64,000 nt of DNA from Candidatus Eiseniibacteriota bacterium (GTDB lineage: Bacteria; Eisenbacteria; RBG-16-71-46). Under the pieces are notes generated by a model. It had not been told where the DNA came from. It did not search any database and was given only the letters and a program-made list of their open reading frames with translations. Each line of letters starts with the position of its first letter. The first letter of the stretch is position 1. The stretch spans positions 512,001-576,000 of the forward strand of contig OY970342.1 in the NCBI GenBank assembly GCA_963717505.1. The letters are read 5' to 3'. Made by a program: the position numbers and the translations under genes. Below, piece after piece: positions 30,201-41,420 of the stretch.

Positions 30201-32487
30201 GAACAACTACGCCACCACCGAGATCGACGTCACGGTCGACAACGTCGCCCCGAGTGTGGTCCTGGCCGAACCCGCCGACGGCGGGGTGATCTTTGGAACG
30301 TCGATCGCAGTCAACGCCACGGCCAGCGACAATGACGCGGTGGTCGGGGTGCAGTTCACGCTCGACGGCAATAACCTCGGTGCGGAAGACGCGACCGCGC
30401 CCTACGAACTGACCTGGGACTCCGCTTCGGCACCCGATGGCCCACACGTTCTCGCCGCCATCGCGCGGGATCGGGCCGGGAACTCGCAGCAGGGCATCGC
30501 GGCGATCGTGGTGGACAACACCCCGCCCGCGGCGGCTCTGACCGCTCCGGCCGACGGCTCGGTGCTGGTCGCGACCCCCGTTCCGGTCAACGCAACGGCA
30601 ACCGACGCCCGGGGCATCGCCGGTGTGCAGTTCCTGCTCGACGGCGCCGCGCTCGGCGTCCCCGACACCGGAAGTCCCTATGGCGTCACCTGGAGCAACG
30701 CCACCGACGGTCCCCACGTTCTGACCGCTACCGCGCAGGACAACACGGGCCACAGCACGACCACGGCGAGCGTGGCGGTCACGGTCGCGATTCCGCCCAC
30801 CGTGTCCCTGACCGCACCCGCCGTCGGCAGCGTCCTCTTTGGCACGTCGGTCGCGGTCAACGCCACGGCCAGCGACAATGACGCGATTGTCGGCGTGCAA
30901 TTCACACTCGACGGCGCCAACCTCGGTTCGGAGGACACGGCCGAACCCTACGAAATGGCGTGGGACTGCACCTCGGCGCCCGACGGTCCACACGTCCTGG
31001 CGGCGCTGGCACGCGATCCGGCAGGGCACGTGTCGTCGCAGAGCGTGGCGATCGTCGTGGACAACACGCCGCCCGCGGCGGCAATGACCGCCCCGGCCAA
31101 CGGAGCTGTCCTGGTCGCGACCTCCGTTCCGGTCAGCGCGTCGGCGACCGACGCCCGGGGCATCGCCGGTGTGCAGTTCCTGCTCGACGGCGCAGCCCTT
31201 GGCGCCATCGACACCGGAAGCCCCTACAGCGTCACCTGGAGCAACCCCACCGATGGCCCCCACGTCCTGACCGCGACCGCCCAGGACAACACGGGCCATA
31301 GCACGACCACGGCGGGCGTATCGGTCACCGTCGCCATTCCCCCCACCGTGGCCGTGACCGCACCCGCCAACGGCAGCGTCCTCTTTGGCACGTCTGTCGC
31401 GGTCAACGCCACGGCCAGCGACAATGACGCGATCGTCGGCGTGCAGTTCACGCTCGACGGCGCCAACCTCGGCCCGGAGGACACGACCGCGCCCTACCAA
31501 CTGACCTGGAACTCCACCTCAGCGCCCGACGGTCCCCACGTCCTGGCGGCGCTGGCGCGCGATCCGGCAGGGCACGTGTCGTCGCAGAGCGTGGCGATCG
31601 TCGTGGACAACACGCCGCCCGCAGCGGCAATGACCGCTCCCGCTAATGGCGCCCTCCTCGCGGGGACCTCCATCCCGGTCAGCGCAACGGCGACCGACGC
31701 CCGAGGCATCGCCGGCGTTCAGTTCCTACTCGACGGGGCGAACCTCGGCGCCCGCGACACGCAAAGCCCCTACAGTGTCACCTGGAGCAACCCCATCGAT
31801 GGTTCCCACGTCCTGACCGCGACCGCACAGGACAATACCGGCCATTTCACCACCGCTACGAGCGTGGCCGTGATCGTCGACAACACGCCGCCGCCGGCGC
31901 CTGGCGCGGTGCGCGACGGCACCGGTGCCGATCTGCAATTCACGAACGTCAGTACGCAACTGTCGGCCAACTGGAACGCGGTCACGGATCCGGGATCGGG
32001 GGTGAACCACTACCGGATGGCCATCGGAACGTCCGCGGGTGGCGCGCAGGTAATGGCGTTCACCAATATCGGGAACGTCACGGTTTACACGAAGACCGGC
32101 CTCAACCTGAGCAACGGCACGAGATACTTCGTCTCGATCCGCGCGGTGGACAATGCCGGTCGGGTCGGCGCGGTCCGGACCAGCGACGGCATCCGGGTGG
32201 ACACCACTGCACCTACGGTTTCCGTCACCAAGCCGAACAACAACGCAACCGTGAAGGGAACCGCCGTGGCCGTCCAGGCAAGTGCATCGGACACCTATGG
32301 GATCGCTTCGGTCCAGTTCACGCTGGACGGCGTGAATCTCGGATCCGTAGATACCTCATCTCCGTATTCGATCGTGTGGAACACCACGACGACCTCGAAC
32401 GGCATCCACTACCTGAGAGCCGTCGCGACCGACCAGGCCGGAAACGTGAAGACCAGCAACCAGGTCAAGGTGACGGTGAACAACTAG
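27247..32487 (+). CDS. Secreted dockerin + CBM4/9-like + FN3 + GH-like TIM barrel + 8 Big_7-like Ig domains + FN3 protein
   Basis: Paired dockerin Ca-loops 'GDLNGDGKVDVIDL' and 'GDLTGDGKLDSLDV'; 'NGTFE...W...Y.IRFKAR...IWVDDVS'; 'WYLYDEPE', 'DAYPVP'; repeats 'PP...TAP..G...A.D...I.GVQF.LDG...D...PY...W...DGPHVL'; start uncertain (27247-27355). Confidence 0.8.
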   Translation: MNSGPQTKSPPGTPVVSRQSADPSESFIGRLRASSPMLAILVLGLHLLPWRPAEAAGRTRGFATPIEPVRVAGDLNGDGKVDVIDLLRLRDLAFRLGTIATAAENEAGDLTGDGKLDSLDVAALQDLVLRVDAAAESQSLRAGAAVHTGPNIANGTFEAGLMSWQVFRNNPANTVTTELDSEIPGNSVAHFNIQDASGSGWYLNLVQWSDQGPLNLQSATTYMIRFKARASSDRVLKLELAAFQPTYRNLGLLESVNLTMQTREYTVPFRTVDNVPATGVLFSMVSTQVAGDIWVDDVSIELVPLVTFVGNDTQIASFDGGESWDGGAIDTLQVREGDAGLRLTAATNGFQHVTREVPMDLSQTPWEMTFWVYTETPVSVGRLSLLWRSGSGEDAEGSYVAWALSGLASGWNFVVIPAEAFFKPYWYVNNFTWQGARTVAFKLEANGNGPASVTLDDLRIEPVSMSDRRSPVVSHINVVDVGPTSVTIRWLTQEPAVGALHYGANTAYGTTVTAGAPDTAQQVILTGLTPATRYHCRIAATDNAGLPGSSGDFTFATEPATPPFPPDSTLDFELGLYTVYGMTDLAGLAGMPFTHVHSFQFSRCTISMEAMQQYLDTAQDIGVKVMLGVSCNPIVEANSIPIVQAFKTHPATDSWYLYDEPEGHGISPAYLISAYSVIQAEDPTRPIVISSYAFGQPGFPYLLGFDRVLFDAYPVPIHPVDWLLPQLDAAGADGRPWGFVFQAFQWDVDRWIEHAGGPTRYPTAAEMRAMPFLAINRGAQHLWAFSYNDLNDLPGSEWKWSELLTLAQELKRLRPLFASTTAPTITATTSEPALDLATRRYGEREYVIAVNSSASSVSSSIALTGVTGVNAIRVGDGQTLPLNGGSLTDVWSPYDVRLYEVTPLDADDVSPTLAITEPPAGDYTSGATTVVVDANDDMLIDYVQVFVDGSPVGPPLTSAPYTMIWDAVQHSGGAHILSAVAYDVSNNYATTEIDVTVDNVAPSVVLAEPADGGVIFGTSIAVNATASDNDAVVGVQFTLDGNNLGAEDATAPYELTWDSASAPDGPHVLAAIARDRAGNSQQGIAAIVVDNTPPAAALTAPADGSVLVATPVPVNATATDARGIAGVQFLLDGAALGVPDTGSPYGVTWSNATDGPHVLTATAQDNTGHSTTTASVAVTVAIPPTVSLTAPAVGSVLFGTSVAVNATASDNDAIVGVQFTLDGANLGSEDTAEPYEMAWDCTSAPDGPHVLAALARDPAGHVSSQSVAIVVDNTPPAAAMTAPANGAVLVATSVPVSASATDARGIAGVQFLLDGAALGAIDTGSPYSVTWSNPTDGPHVLTATAQDNTGHSTTTAGVSVTVAIPPTVAVTAPANGSVLFGTSVAVNATASDNDAIVGVQFTLDGANLGPEDTTAPYQLTWNSTSAPDGPHVLAALARDPAGHVSSQSVAIVVDNTPPAAAMTAPANGALLAGTSIPVSATATDARGIAGVQFLLDGANLGARDTQSPYSVTWSNPIDGSHVLTATAQDNTGHFTTATSVAVIVDNTPPPAPGAVRDGTGADLQFTNVSTQLSANWNAVTDPGSGVNHYRMAIGTSAGGAQVMAFTNIGNVTVYTKTGLNLSNGTRYFVSIRAVDNAGRVGAVRTSDGIRVDTTAPTVSVTKPNNNATVKGTAVAVQASASDTYGIASVQFTLDGVNLGSVDTSSPYSIVWNTTTTSNGIHYLRAVATDQAGNVKTSNQVKVTVNN
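27463..27633 (+). other. Type I dockerin domain coding segment
   Basis: Two EF-hand-like DxxxDGxxD..D repeats, each followed by a helix. Confidence 0.8.
30241..31878 (+). repeat. Three tandem 546-bp (182-aa, two-Ig-domain) coding repeats
   Basis: Equivalent Pro codons at 30250, 30796 and 31342; shared blocks such as 'gtcaacgccacggccagcgacaatgacgcg'. Confidence 0.9.
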
Positions 32488-32669
32488 AGACCGCCGCCGC
32501 CGCGCCAGGACCAAGCGCGCGGACTTGCCGCGTTGAGAATTCCTGGTCCGGCACGGCGCCGGGAGGCCCCTTCAGGCGGCCTCCGCGCGGACATTCGGGG
32601 ACGCTGGCGGCGGGCGAGCCGTCGCGCTACGCTGCGTTCCTACCCCCCCATCCTGAACAGGAGTGTTCG

Positions 32670-35240
32670 ATGACCCCGAAGAAACTGTTCCTCCTTGGCA
32701 CACTGGTCGGCCTGTGCGCGGCACCGCTGGGCGCCGCGGTCGCCGCCGGTGCCGACGCCGATTCCACCGCTCAGGCCGAGTCCGCTCCCGCCCCACCGGA
32801 CACCACGGCGCCGGTGATCGCGCCCAACACGAGCCCGGCGCAGGCCGCGGCGCCGTCGGCCGCGGCGGGGACTCAGGTGGCCACACCGGACCCCGCGGAT
32901 CGCGATGGCGGTTGGCCCCGGATCACCGAGACCGTGACCGGCGCAACGCTCATCATGTACCAGCCGCAGGCCGTGTCGTGGGAACGCCAGCGCGAGCTGG
33001 TGGCCATGGCGGCGCTCTCCTACCTGGCCAAGAGCGCCACCACGCCCGACCTCGGAACGGTCACTCTCTCCGCCCAGACCTCGGTTTCCACGGAAGAGCG
33101 GATGGTGAAACTGGAACAGGTCAAGATCACCGATATGAAATTCTCCACGCTCGACAAGGCGGAGGCGCGCGAGGCCCTGGCCGAGATCCAGGAGGCGGTC
33201 CCGGTGACCGCGGTGTTCATGGGCCTCGACCGGCTGCTCGCGATGGTGGACAAGAGCCTGATTCGCGGCAGCAGCGTGCAGGTGCAGACCGACCCACCTC
33301 CGATCTTCTACAGCGAGAAGCCGGCGGTGCTGCTCCAATTCGACGGGCCGCCGATCATGGCCACGATCGAGAAGGGCACGCTCAAGTACGGACTCAACAC
33401 CAACTGGGACGTCCTGCAGGATCCCGAATCCAAGACCTATTACCTGCGCAACGGGACCGGCTGGTTCCAGGCCCCCGAACTCAAGGGTCCGTGGAAGGTC
33501 ACGGGGAAGCTCCCGAAGTCCTTCGAGCAGATCCCGGCCAACGACAACTGGAAAGAAACCAAGGACAACATCCCCGGGAAGAAGGCGAAAGACACGGAGG
33601 TGATCTACTCGGAGCGACCGGCGGAGCTGCTGATGCTCGAGGGCAAGCCCAAGTACGAGAAGCTCGAGGGCACCCGGACGAACGACAAGAAGGGCAGCGA
33701 GATCCTGTGGGTCAAGAACACGGAGAGCGACCTGTTCCGCGTGAAGGATGCCGAGTTCTACTACCTGGTTTCGGGTCGCTGGTTCAGTGCCGCCGAGCTC
33801 AAAGGTCCGTGGAAGTTCGCCACCCAGAACCTGCCGCCCGCGTTCCTCCAATTCCCCGTCGACCACGAGCGAGCGCGGGTGCGCAGCTCGATCCCGGGGA
33901 CCGATGAGGCCGCCGAAGCCGTGCTGCTGGCGCAGGTGCCGCAGACCGCGCGGGTGGATGCCAAGAACCTGAAGCCCGTCTCCGTGGCCTACGACGGCGA
34001 GCCCAAGTTCGAACCGATCGAGGGCGCTGCCGGCGTCACCTATGCGGTCAACACCGAGAGCGACGTGTTCGTGGTTTCTGGCACCTACTACCTGTGCCAG
34101 GCCGGCGTGTGGTTCAGCTCGAACAGTCCCAACGGACCGTGGAGCGTAGCGACCAACATCCCGGAGGCCATCTACCAGATCCCGCCCAGCTCATCCGCCC
34201 ATCACGTGACCTACGTGGTCGTGGTCGACGACGACGACGACTACCCGACGTACGGATACACGCCGGGCTACATGGGGGTCACTATTGCCTTCGGCTGCGC
34301 GATGTACGGGACCGGCTACTACTACCCGCCCTACTACGGTTACCCGGGCGGGTATCCCATCTACTATCCGCGCCCGGTGTGCTACGGCGGCGGCGCGATG
34401 TACAACCCACGTACCGGCGCCTACGGGCACTACCAGACGGCCTATGGGCCGTATGGCGGCGTGGCGCGCGGCGCGAGCTACAACCCGACCACCGGAACCT
34501 ACAAGCGCGGCGCGATGGCCTACGGACCCACCGGGGCCCAGGGCTACGCCCAGGCGTACAACCCGCGCACCGGCACCTACGCCTCGACGCGTCAGGGCAG
34601 CAACGCGTACGGAAGCTGGGGATCCACCAGTGTCCAGCGCGGCGACGACTGGGTGAACACGCAGCGCGTCACCGACTCCAATGGCAACAGCAAGTGGCAG
34701 GCGCAGGGTAGCGGCGGCGGCTCGGCCCAGGGAGTGCAAGGCAGTGGCGGCGGCAACGTGGTCAAGACCGGGAGTGGCGACGTCTACGCCGGCAAGGACG
34801 GCAACGTTTACCGCAAGACCGACAATGGCTGGCAGTCGTATGACAACGGGAACTGGAACAACGTCCAGGGCGGGGACGGCGCGCGGCCGGGCAACCAGCC
34901 CGCGGGCGGCGCGGGCAGTACGAAGCCGGGCGCTTCGCAGCTTCCCGCGGGTGGGGGAGCTGGTGCAGGTACGGGCGCGTCGCAGCTTCCGAGCGGAGGA
35001 GGCGCAGGAGCGTCGCAGCGTCCGTCCACCCAGCCTGGCGTCTCGCAGCAGCCGAGTACGCGGCAGAGCCCCAATTCCAGCACCATGGGGCAGCTCGATC
35101 GTGACTCCCAGGGGCGCAATCAGGGTGCACAGCGGACCCAAAGCAACTATGGCGGGGGCTCGGGGTCGCGCGGCGGTTCTAGCGGTGGCTCTCGCGGCGG
35201 CGGCGGCGGCAGGCGTGGAGGCGGTGGCGGCCGGCGGTGA
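32670..35240 (+). CDS. Large secreted hypothetical protein with Tyr/Gly-rich YNPxTG repeats and Gly/Arg-rich tail
   Basis: AGGAG RBS, ATG 32670, signal peptide, Ala/Pro linker, repeated 'W..A..L.GPW' units, three YNP(R/T)TG repeats, C-terminal G/R-rich tail. Confidence 0.8.
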   Translation: MTPKKLFLLGTLVGLCAAPLGAAVAAGADADSTAQAESAPAPPDTTAPVIAPNTSPAQAAAPSAAAGTQVATPDPADRDGGWPRITETVTGATLIMYQPQAVSWERQRELVAMAALSYLAKSATTPDLGTVTLSAQTSVSTEERMVKLEQVKITDMKFSTLDKAEAREALAEIQEAVPVTAVFMGLDRLLAMVDKSLIRGSSVQVQTDPPPIFYSEKPAVLLQFDGPPIMATIEKGTLKYGLNTNWDVLQDPESKTYYLRNGTGWFQAPELKGPWKVTGKLPKSFEQIPANDNWKETKDNIPGKKAKDTEVIYSERPAELLMLEGKPKYEKLEGTRTNDKKGSEILWVKNTESDLFRVKDAEFYYLVSGRWFSAAELKGPWKFATQNLPPAFLQFPVDHERARVRSSIPGTDEAAEAVLLAQVPQTARVDAKNLKPVSVAYDGEPKFEPIEGAAGVTYAVNTESDVFVVSGTYYLCQAGVWFSSNSPNGPWSVATNIPEAIYQIPPSSSAHHVTYVVVVDDDDDYPTYGYTPGYMGVTIAFGCAMYGTGYYYPPYYGYPGGYPIYYPRPVCYGGGAMYNPRTGAYGHYQTAYGPYGGVARGASYNPTTGTYKRGAMAYGPTGAQGYAQAYNPRTGTYASTRQGSNAYGSWGSTSVQRGDDWVNTQRVTDSNGNSKWQAQGSGGGSAQGVQGSGGGNVVKTGSGDVYAGKDGNVYRKTDNGWQSYDNGNWNNVQGGDGARPGNQPAGGAGSTKPGASQLPAGGGAGAGTGASQLPSGGGAGASQRPSTQPGVSQQPSTRQSPNSSTMGQLDRDSQGRNQGAQRTQSNYGGGSGSRGGSSGGSRGGGGGRRGGGGGRR

Positions 35241-35282
35241 AATCGGCCGGGCGGGTGTGGCAGAGACTCCAAGGCTGGCGGG

Positions 35283-35453
35283 TCATGACCCGATATCGGT
35301 AGGGTTCTTCTCGGGCCGGGAACGAGCGCCGGCGTCGCGGCGCTCGTCGCGTCTCCCCCGCCGATACGCGTACTGGTAGACCAGGTAGATCGCGACCACG
35401 TGGATCACCCACCAGCCGAGCTTGAGGAACTGCAGCCCTTCGGGCAGCGGCAC
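35283..35453 (-). CDS. Small single-TM protein (56 aa)
   Basis: GAAGGA RBS before GTG 35453, two bases after the mutT stop; 'LGWWVIHVVAIYLVYQYAYRRG' TM segment plus basic stop-transfer. Confidence 0.55.
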   Translation of the reverse strand: MPLPEGLQFLKLGWWVIHVVAIYLVYQYAYRRGRRDERRDAGARSRPEKNPTDIGS

Positions 35454-35455
35454 GG

Positions 35456-35860
35456 CTATCCTTCGCGCGCCAGTACTGCGAGGAACGCGCGATCGGCTTC
35501 GAGGACATCTTTGGGATCGACCTCGGCTGGCCGCACCCAGCGCAGCGCATGAACGCCGTGGCCGGCGCGCACTTCGCCGGGCTCCAATTCGCATGCGATG
35601 AAAGCGATTTCGACCGACAGGCCATGGTCGTAGTCGTGGCGCTCGAGGGTCAGCACCTCGCCGGCATGTGCACCGACTCCCAGCTCTTCATGCAATTCGC
35701 GCTCGACCGCGTCTCCAGGCGTCTCCCCCGGCTCGATCTTGCCACCGGGGAATTCCCAGAGCAGTCCGAGTGGGCCGCCCGGCGGGCGCTGAGTGAGCAG
35801 CACGCGACCGTCTCTTCGAATCACGGCGGCGGCAACTCGAACTCGAGTCATCAGGCTCAT
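35456..35860 (-). CDS. mutT: NUDIX hydrolase, MutT/NudG-type (d)NTP pyrophosphohydrolase
   Basis: 'WEFPGGKIEPGETP...RELHEELG' Nudix box. Confidence 0.85.
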   Translation of the reverse strand: MSLMTRVRVAAAVIRRDGRVLLTQRPPGGPLGLLWEFPGGKIEPGETPGDAVERELHEELGVGAHAGEVLTLERHDYDHGLSVEIAFIACELEPGEVRAGHGVHALRWVRPAEVDPKDVLEADRAFLAVLAREG

Positions 35861-36477
35861 GCGGCCTCCGCGGCGTGCGACCGCGCCACCGCCTGCTCGA
35901 ACCGCAGCAAGTAGCGACGATCGCCGCGTTCGCGCGCGGCGATTGCCTCGATGGCCAGTCGATGGAGCAGCGCGGCATCGGCAGCAACCAACGCTCCGGT
36001 GCGCAGCCGGCGCGGCAACTTGAGGTAGCCGGGTGCACTATCGATGATCAGCGCGGAGCGCGCCAGCGCCCACAGGTCGCATGCGCGTTCGCCGCGCGGC
36101 ACCAGGTCGCGCGCCTGGAGCAGGTGCGTCATCTCGTGCGCGATGGTGAACAGCTCGAGCCGCCGCGGCCGCACCCAGATGCCCGGGTTCTCGGGATCGA
36201 GCGAGCCCCAACCGAGAACCCCGCGCTTTTGCGCGAGCCCGACGCGGACGGTGATTCCGGCCAGTTCCGGGAAGAATCCGCGAACGATCTCGATCCGCTC
36301 GCGAATCCGCTCGAAATGCGGCGAGCGCACGACCAGCCGGGAAAAGGTCCAGCGGGGCGGTCCGATATCGAAGGCGAGCGGGAGCTGCTCCAAGGCAATG
36401 GCCCGGCGGCGGCGGGGGCGCGGGTGCGTCCCTGACCCGGATTCTGCACTCGACCTGCGTCGCGCACGGCGCAGCAT
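35857..36477 (-). CDS. Hypothetical HExxH zinc-metallopeptidase-like protein
   Basis: 'TIAHEMTHLLQ...GERACDLWA' zincin motif with downstream E..D; ATGA overlap with mutT; start uncertain. Confidence 0.6.
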   Translation of the reverse strand: MLRRARRRSSAESGSGTHPRPRRRRAIALEQLPLAFDIGPPRWTFSRLVVRSPHFERIRERIEIVRGFFPELAGITVRVGLAQKRGVLGWGSLDPENPGIWVRPRRLELFTIAHEMTHLLQARDLVPRGERACDLWALARSALIIDSAPGYLKLPRRLRTGALVAADAALLHRLAIEAIAARERGDRRYLLRFEQAVARSHAAEAA

Positions 36478-36674
36478 GCACGTGTGGATAGCACAGGGGC
36501 CGGCGGCGGCACAACGCTTGCAGTGCCCCCGCGTGCACCACGACCTTGTTCCATCGTCGTGAAGTCGGTGCCGGTGGCGCCCGCGGCCCCACTCCTCTTA
36601 TAGTGGCGCCCGCGCTCCCCGCGCCGACACCGGACGTCCACCCTCACGAGGAAGGATCCTCAGAGGAGCAGCCC

Positions 36675-37238
36675 ATGCGTCTTTCGCGTTTCACTCTCGC
36701 GCTGGCCGCGCTCGCGTTCGCCGCCACACCTCTCCACGCCCAGAACGTCGTCACTCCCGCCGGAACGCTGGTCGGCATCGAGGCCATGATGGCCACGGTC
36801 ATGCAGGAGGAGCAAAGCTCGTTCTCGGGGCTCGCCCTGCGTATTCGCCTCCAGCCACCGCAGCTGCTCAAGCAAATCGAGATCATGCCGACCATAGAGT
36901 ACTGGCGGAACAGCAACCATCTCGCCACCTACGACGTCAGCACCGAGCGCAAGGACGCGACCCTCGGGATCGACATGCGCTACAACTTCGAGGCCGGATC
37001 GTTCCGGCCGTACCTGGGCGCCGGCTGGGCACTCCACTTCCTGAGTTCCGAAGTGGAAGCGCCGGGGCTCGGGTTGCCCGCGTCCTCGAATTCGATCTCC
37101 AAGGGCGGATTGGCCGTACTCGGCGGTGTTTCGTTCCCGATCACCGAGCGTTTCGAGAACTTCCTCGACTTGAAGTACCACCACGTGACGGACTACCGCC
37201 AGCTCAAGTTCAACTGGGGGTTCACCTACAAGCCGTAG
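36675..37238 (+). CDS. Outer-membrane beta-barrel protein (small 8-stranded porin/OmpW-like)
   Basis: GAGGAG RBS; signal peptide; amphipathic strands 'FRPYLGAG', 'GGVSFPI', 'LDLKYH', C-terminal 'FNWGFTY'. Confidence 0.8.
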   Translation: MRLSRFTLALAALAFAATPLHAQNVVTPAGTLVGIEAMMATVMQEEQSSFSGLALRIRLQPPQLLKQIEIMPTIEYWRNSNHLATYDVSTERKDATLGIDMRYNFEAGSFRPYLGAGWALHFLSSEVEAPGLGLPASSNSISKGGLAVLGGVSFPITERFENFLDLKYHHVTDYRQLKFNWGFTYKP

Positions 37239-37260
37239 TCCGCACCCGGAACGCGCGCGC

Positions 37261-38849
<1,589 letters not shown>

Positions 38850-38853
<4 letters not shown>

Positions 38854-40946
38854 TGACCCGGTTCCTTACGCAGCTCCGAGATACGAATGCGGATCGACTC
38901 GTGTGAGCGCAGCAGATCCGCGACCACTTCGCCCTTGCCGCGCTGGGTCGGCGTCCGGCGCGGGTCCTCCTCGAGGAACTCCCACAGCCGGTCGCGGATC
39001 GGCGGCGGCAGGACGCTCTCGAGGTACTCGAGACCCATGCCGCGCAGCATGCGATCGTCGCCGCTCAACCCACGAAAGGCAATCTGGAGTGGGCGTTGCG
39101 CGAGCACCAGCGACAACAGGTTGAACACGTGCTCGAGGCTTGCCGAAGCGCGCAGGCGCAGGAACTCACTGACCGGGTTGGTCCCGGTCTCGTCGCCGGC
39201 CGCGGACGCCGCCTGCACGACCCACACCTTGCGCTCGACGTCGACCTCGCGGTGGACCGCGGCGAACACCCGGTCGCGGTCGAAGGTCAGGTCGGGGGCC
39301 TCGGCGCGGATCCGGGCCAGCGCCACGCCGCAGGCGTGGCGCACGTCGAACGGCGCGTCTTCCAGCGCCAGCAACAAGGCGTCCATCGCGCGGCGCGATC
39401 CGGTGGTGCCGAGCAGGCGCGCGACGCGTCGTCGGACGACCGGCGGATGACGTGTGTCGAGCAATGCGTCGCCGAGTTGTCCCACGGCGGTCTTCGCCAC
39501 CGCTCGCAGGGCACGCATCGCTTCCCCGTCGTGCCGCTCATCGCCGAGTTGGAGGATGGTCTGCGCGATCTCGACGGGGTTCAGTGGCACACGATCCCCT
39601 GCCGGACGCTCGAGCATCACGGCTTGCGACTGGTTCATCGGGTCGGCGTTAGGGTGGGCGGCGAGCACCGCGCGCAGCGCGGGCGTAATGCGGATCGCCT
39701 GGGTCTTCAACACCACCGACCGCGTCGCGGCGTCGCCGACGTCTTCCACCGCGACCGCGCCCTGGAGCAGGTTGCGTTCGAGCGTCGCAACGTAGCCGCG
39801 GTGGAGCCGGAGCGCGATCCAGGTGCCGAGCGCGCCCAGAACGATGCAAGCCCACCACATGCCGGTGCGCGCGCCCGATCCGGCGACCGCCAGCAGCAAG
39901 GCGGCGAGTGCGCCGCCCACGACGTCGCCAACTCGCGAGCTGGCGACGTCGACCAGCGTCTTGGTCGCGCGCTTCTCGCGCGCCGGGATCGGCGTGAAGA
40001 ACAGCTCGTGCGCCGAGCGGAATGCCGAGTTGCGCAGCACGTGGTCGGCGGTCCACACCGCGGCAGCGGTGCCGAAGCCGGGAACCGCCACGCCCGCCAC
40101 ACCGCCGAGGCCGATCGCCGCCGGCAGCAGCGCCGAGGAGCGGGCGATGCCCAGGCGCTCGACCAGACGCTGGCCGAACAACGACTGGAACGCGAAGGTC
40201 AGGAGCGAGGAGCCCATGTGGAAGATCGAGAACACGCGGACCAGCGCTTCCTCGCTGCGATACAGATCGGACGCCGCCGCCTTGAACAGAAAGTCGAGCA
40301 TCGCCGCCGCCACCGCGCCGACGATCACCAGCGTGGCAAGCGTCACCAGATAGGGCGAGCCTGCGAGGATGCGGATTCCGGTGAACAGCCGCTCGGGCTC
40401 CGTCGACACTGGCTCGCGCGGAGACTCCGGAGACACTCGACGCGACGCCAGCGCGCACACCAACTGAATCACGGCGAGCGCCGGCAGGGTCGAGGCGACG
40501 CCGAACCCCGAGGTCAGTCGCTCGGCGATCACGCCGCCGGCCACACCCCCGAGCGTCGCGGTCGCGGCGATGCGCGCCACGGTGCGTTTCGCGGTCCGGG
40601 GATCGAACCGCTCGTTGATCAACGACCAGAAGCTCGAGATCAGGATCGGGCCCATCACCGCCACCAACCCGTAGGTGGCGATTGCGCCCACATGCGCGTT
40701 GGACAGCGTCAGCGGCCACAGGGCAAGGAACAGCGCGGCGCTCGCGACGAACGCCGCCGGCACCAGATGCGCGGGACCCCGCGTGCGCAACAGTCGTCCC
40801 CAGGCGAGCGCCACCGCCGCGGAGATCACCCCGGTGCCGACCAGCACCGCCGGCAGCGTGGTGACCGGGAACACCGAGAGGAACAGACCGTCGCGCGCGG
40901 CCTTGCCGGCGATCTGACTCGCGATTATGGCGGCAGCCGCCAGCAT
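38850..40946 (-). CDS. Npt1/TLC-like MFS transporter fused to HEAT repeats
   Basis: 'ARDGLFLS', 'FWSLINERFDPRTAKR', 'LDFLFK', 'ELFFTPIP..KRATK..VD...RVGD'; C-terminal HEAT-like repeats 'LLLALEDAPFDVRHACGVAL'. Confidence 0.75.
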
Positions 40947-41081
40947 CGCCGCTCGCGCGGCACGTTGATCGTGCGCGTCGCCCGCGGATCTCGGGTTCTG
41001 GAAATCGCTCAGGGCGCCTCCCCGCTCCGGGGCGCTGAAGTTAGCGGCGCGCCACCGGCGTCAGCATGAACTACCCAGGCG

Positions 41082-41420
41082 TCAGAACGAGAATCCCAGG
41101 AGCCCCGGATCGGGCATCAACTGCGGGCTCCAGGCATCCGGCATGATCTCCACTTCGCACGGCACGGGGACCACGCTCATCGTCGCCTGCTTGACGTCCT
41201 CCATCATCTGGGGAGCATAAGGGCAAAACGGGGTCGTGAGCATCATGCGGATGTGCGTGCGATCGGGAAAGACATGAACCTCGCGGATCAGGCCCAGGTC
41301 GATGACCGAAAGCCCGATCTCGGGGTCCATCACGGTTTCGAGGACCGAACGAATCGCCAGCTCCTGCTGCGAGGGAGCACTGGTGGTGTCCTTTGCTTCT
41401 TTGCTCTCTTCCTCACTCAT
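41082..41420 (-). CDS. sufT: Metal-sulfur cluster assembly factor (DUF59/SufT-like)
   Basis: 'VMDPEIGLSVIDLGLI...LTTPFCP...WSP..M'. Confidence 0.85.
   Translation of the reverse strand: MSEEESKEAKDTTSAPSQQELAIRSVLETVMDPEIGLSVIDLGLIREVHVFPDRTHIRMMLTTPFCPYAPQMMEDVKQATMSVVPVPCEVEIMPDAWSPQLMPDPGLLGFSF

Noticed and set aside
36574-36614. 12-bp direct repeat GTGGCGCCCGCG in a divergent intergenic region
   Set aside because: Only two GC-rich copies; could easily arise by chance in this composition
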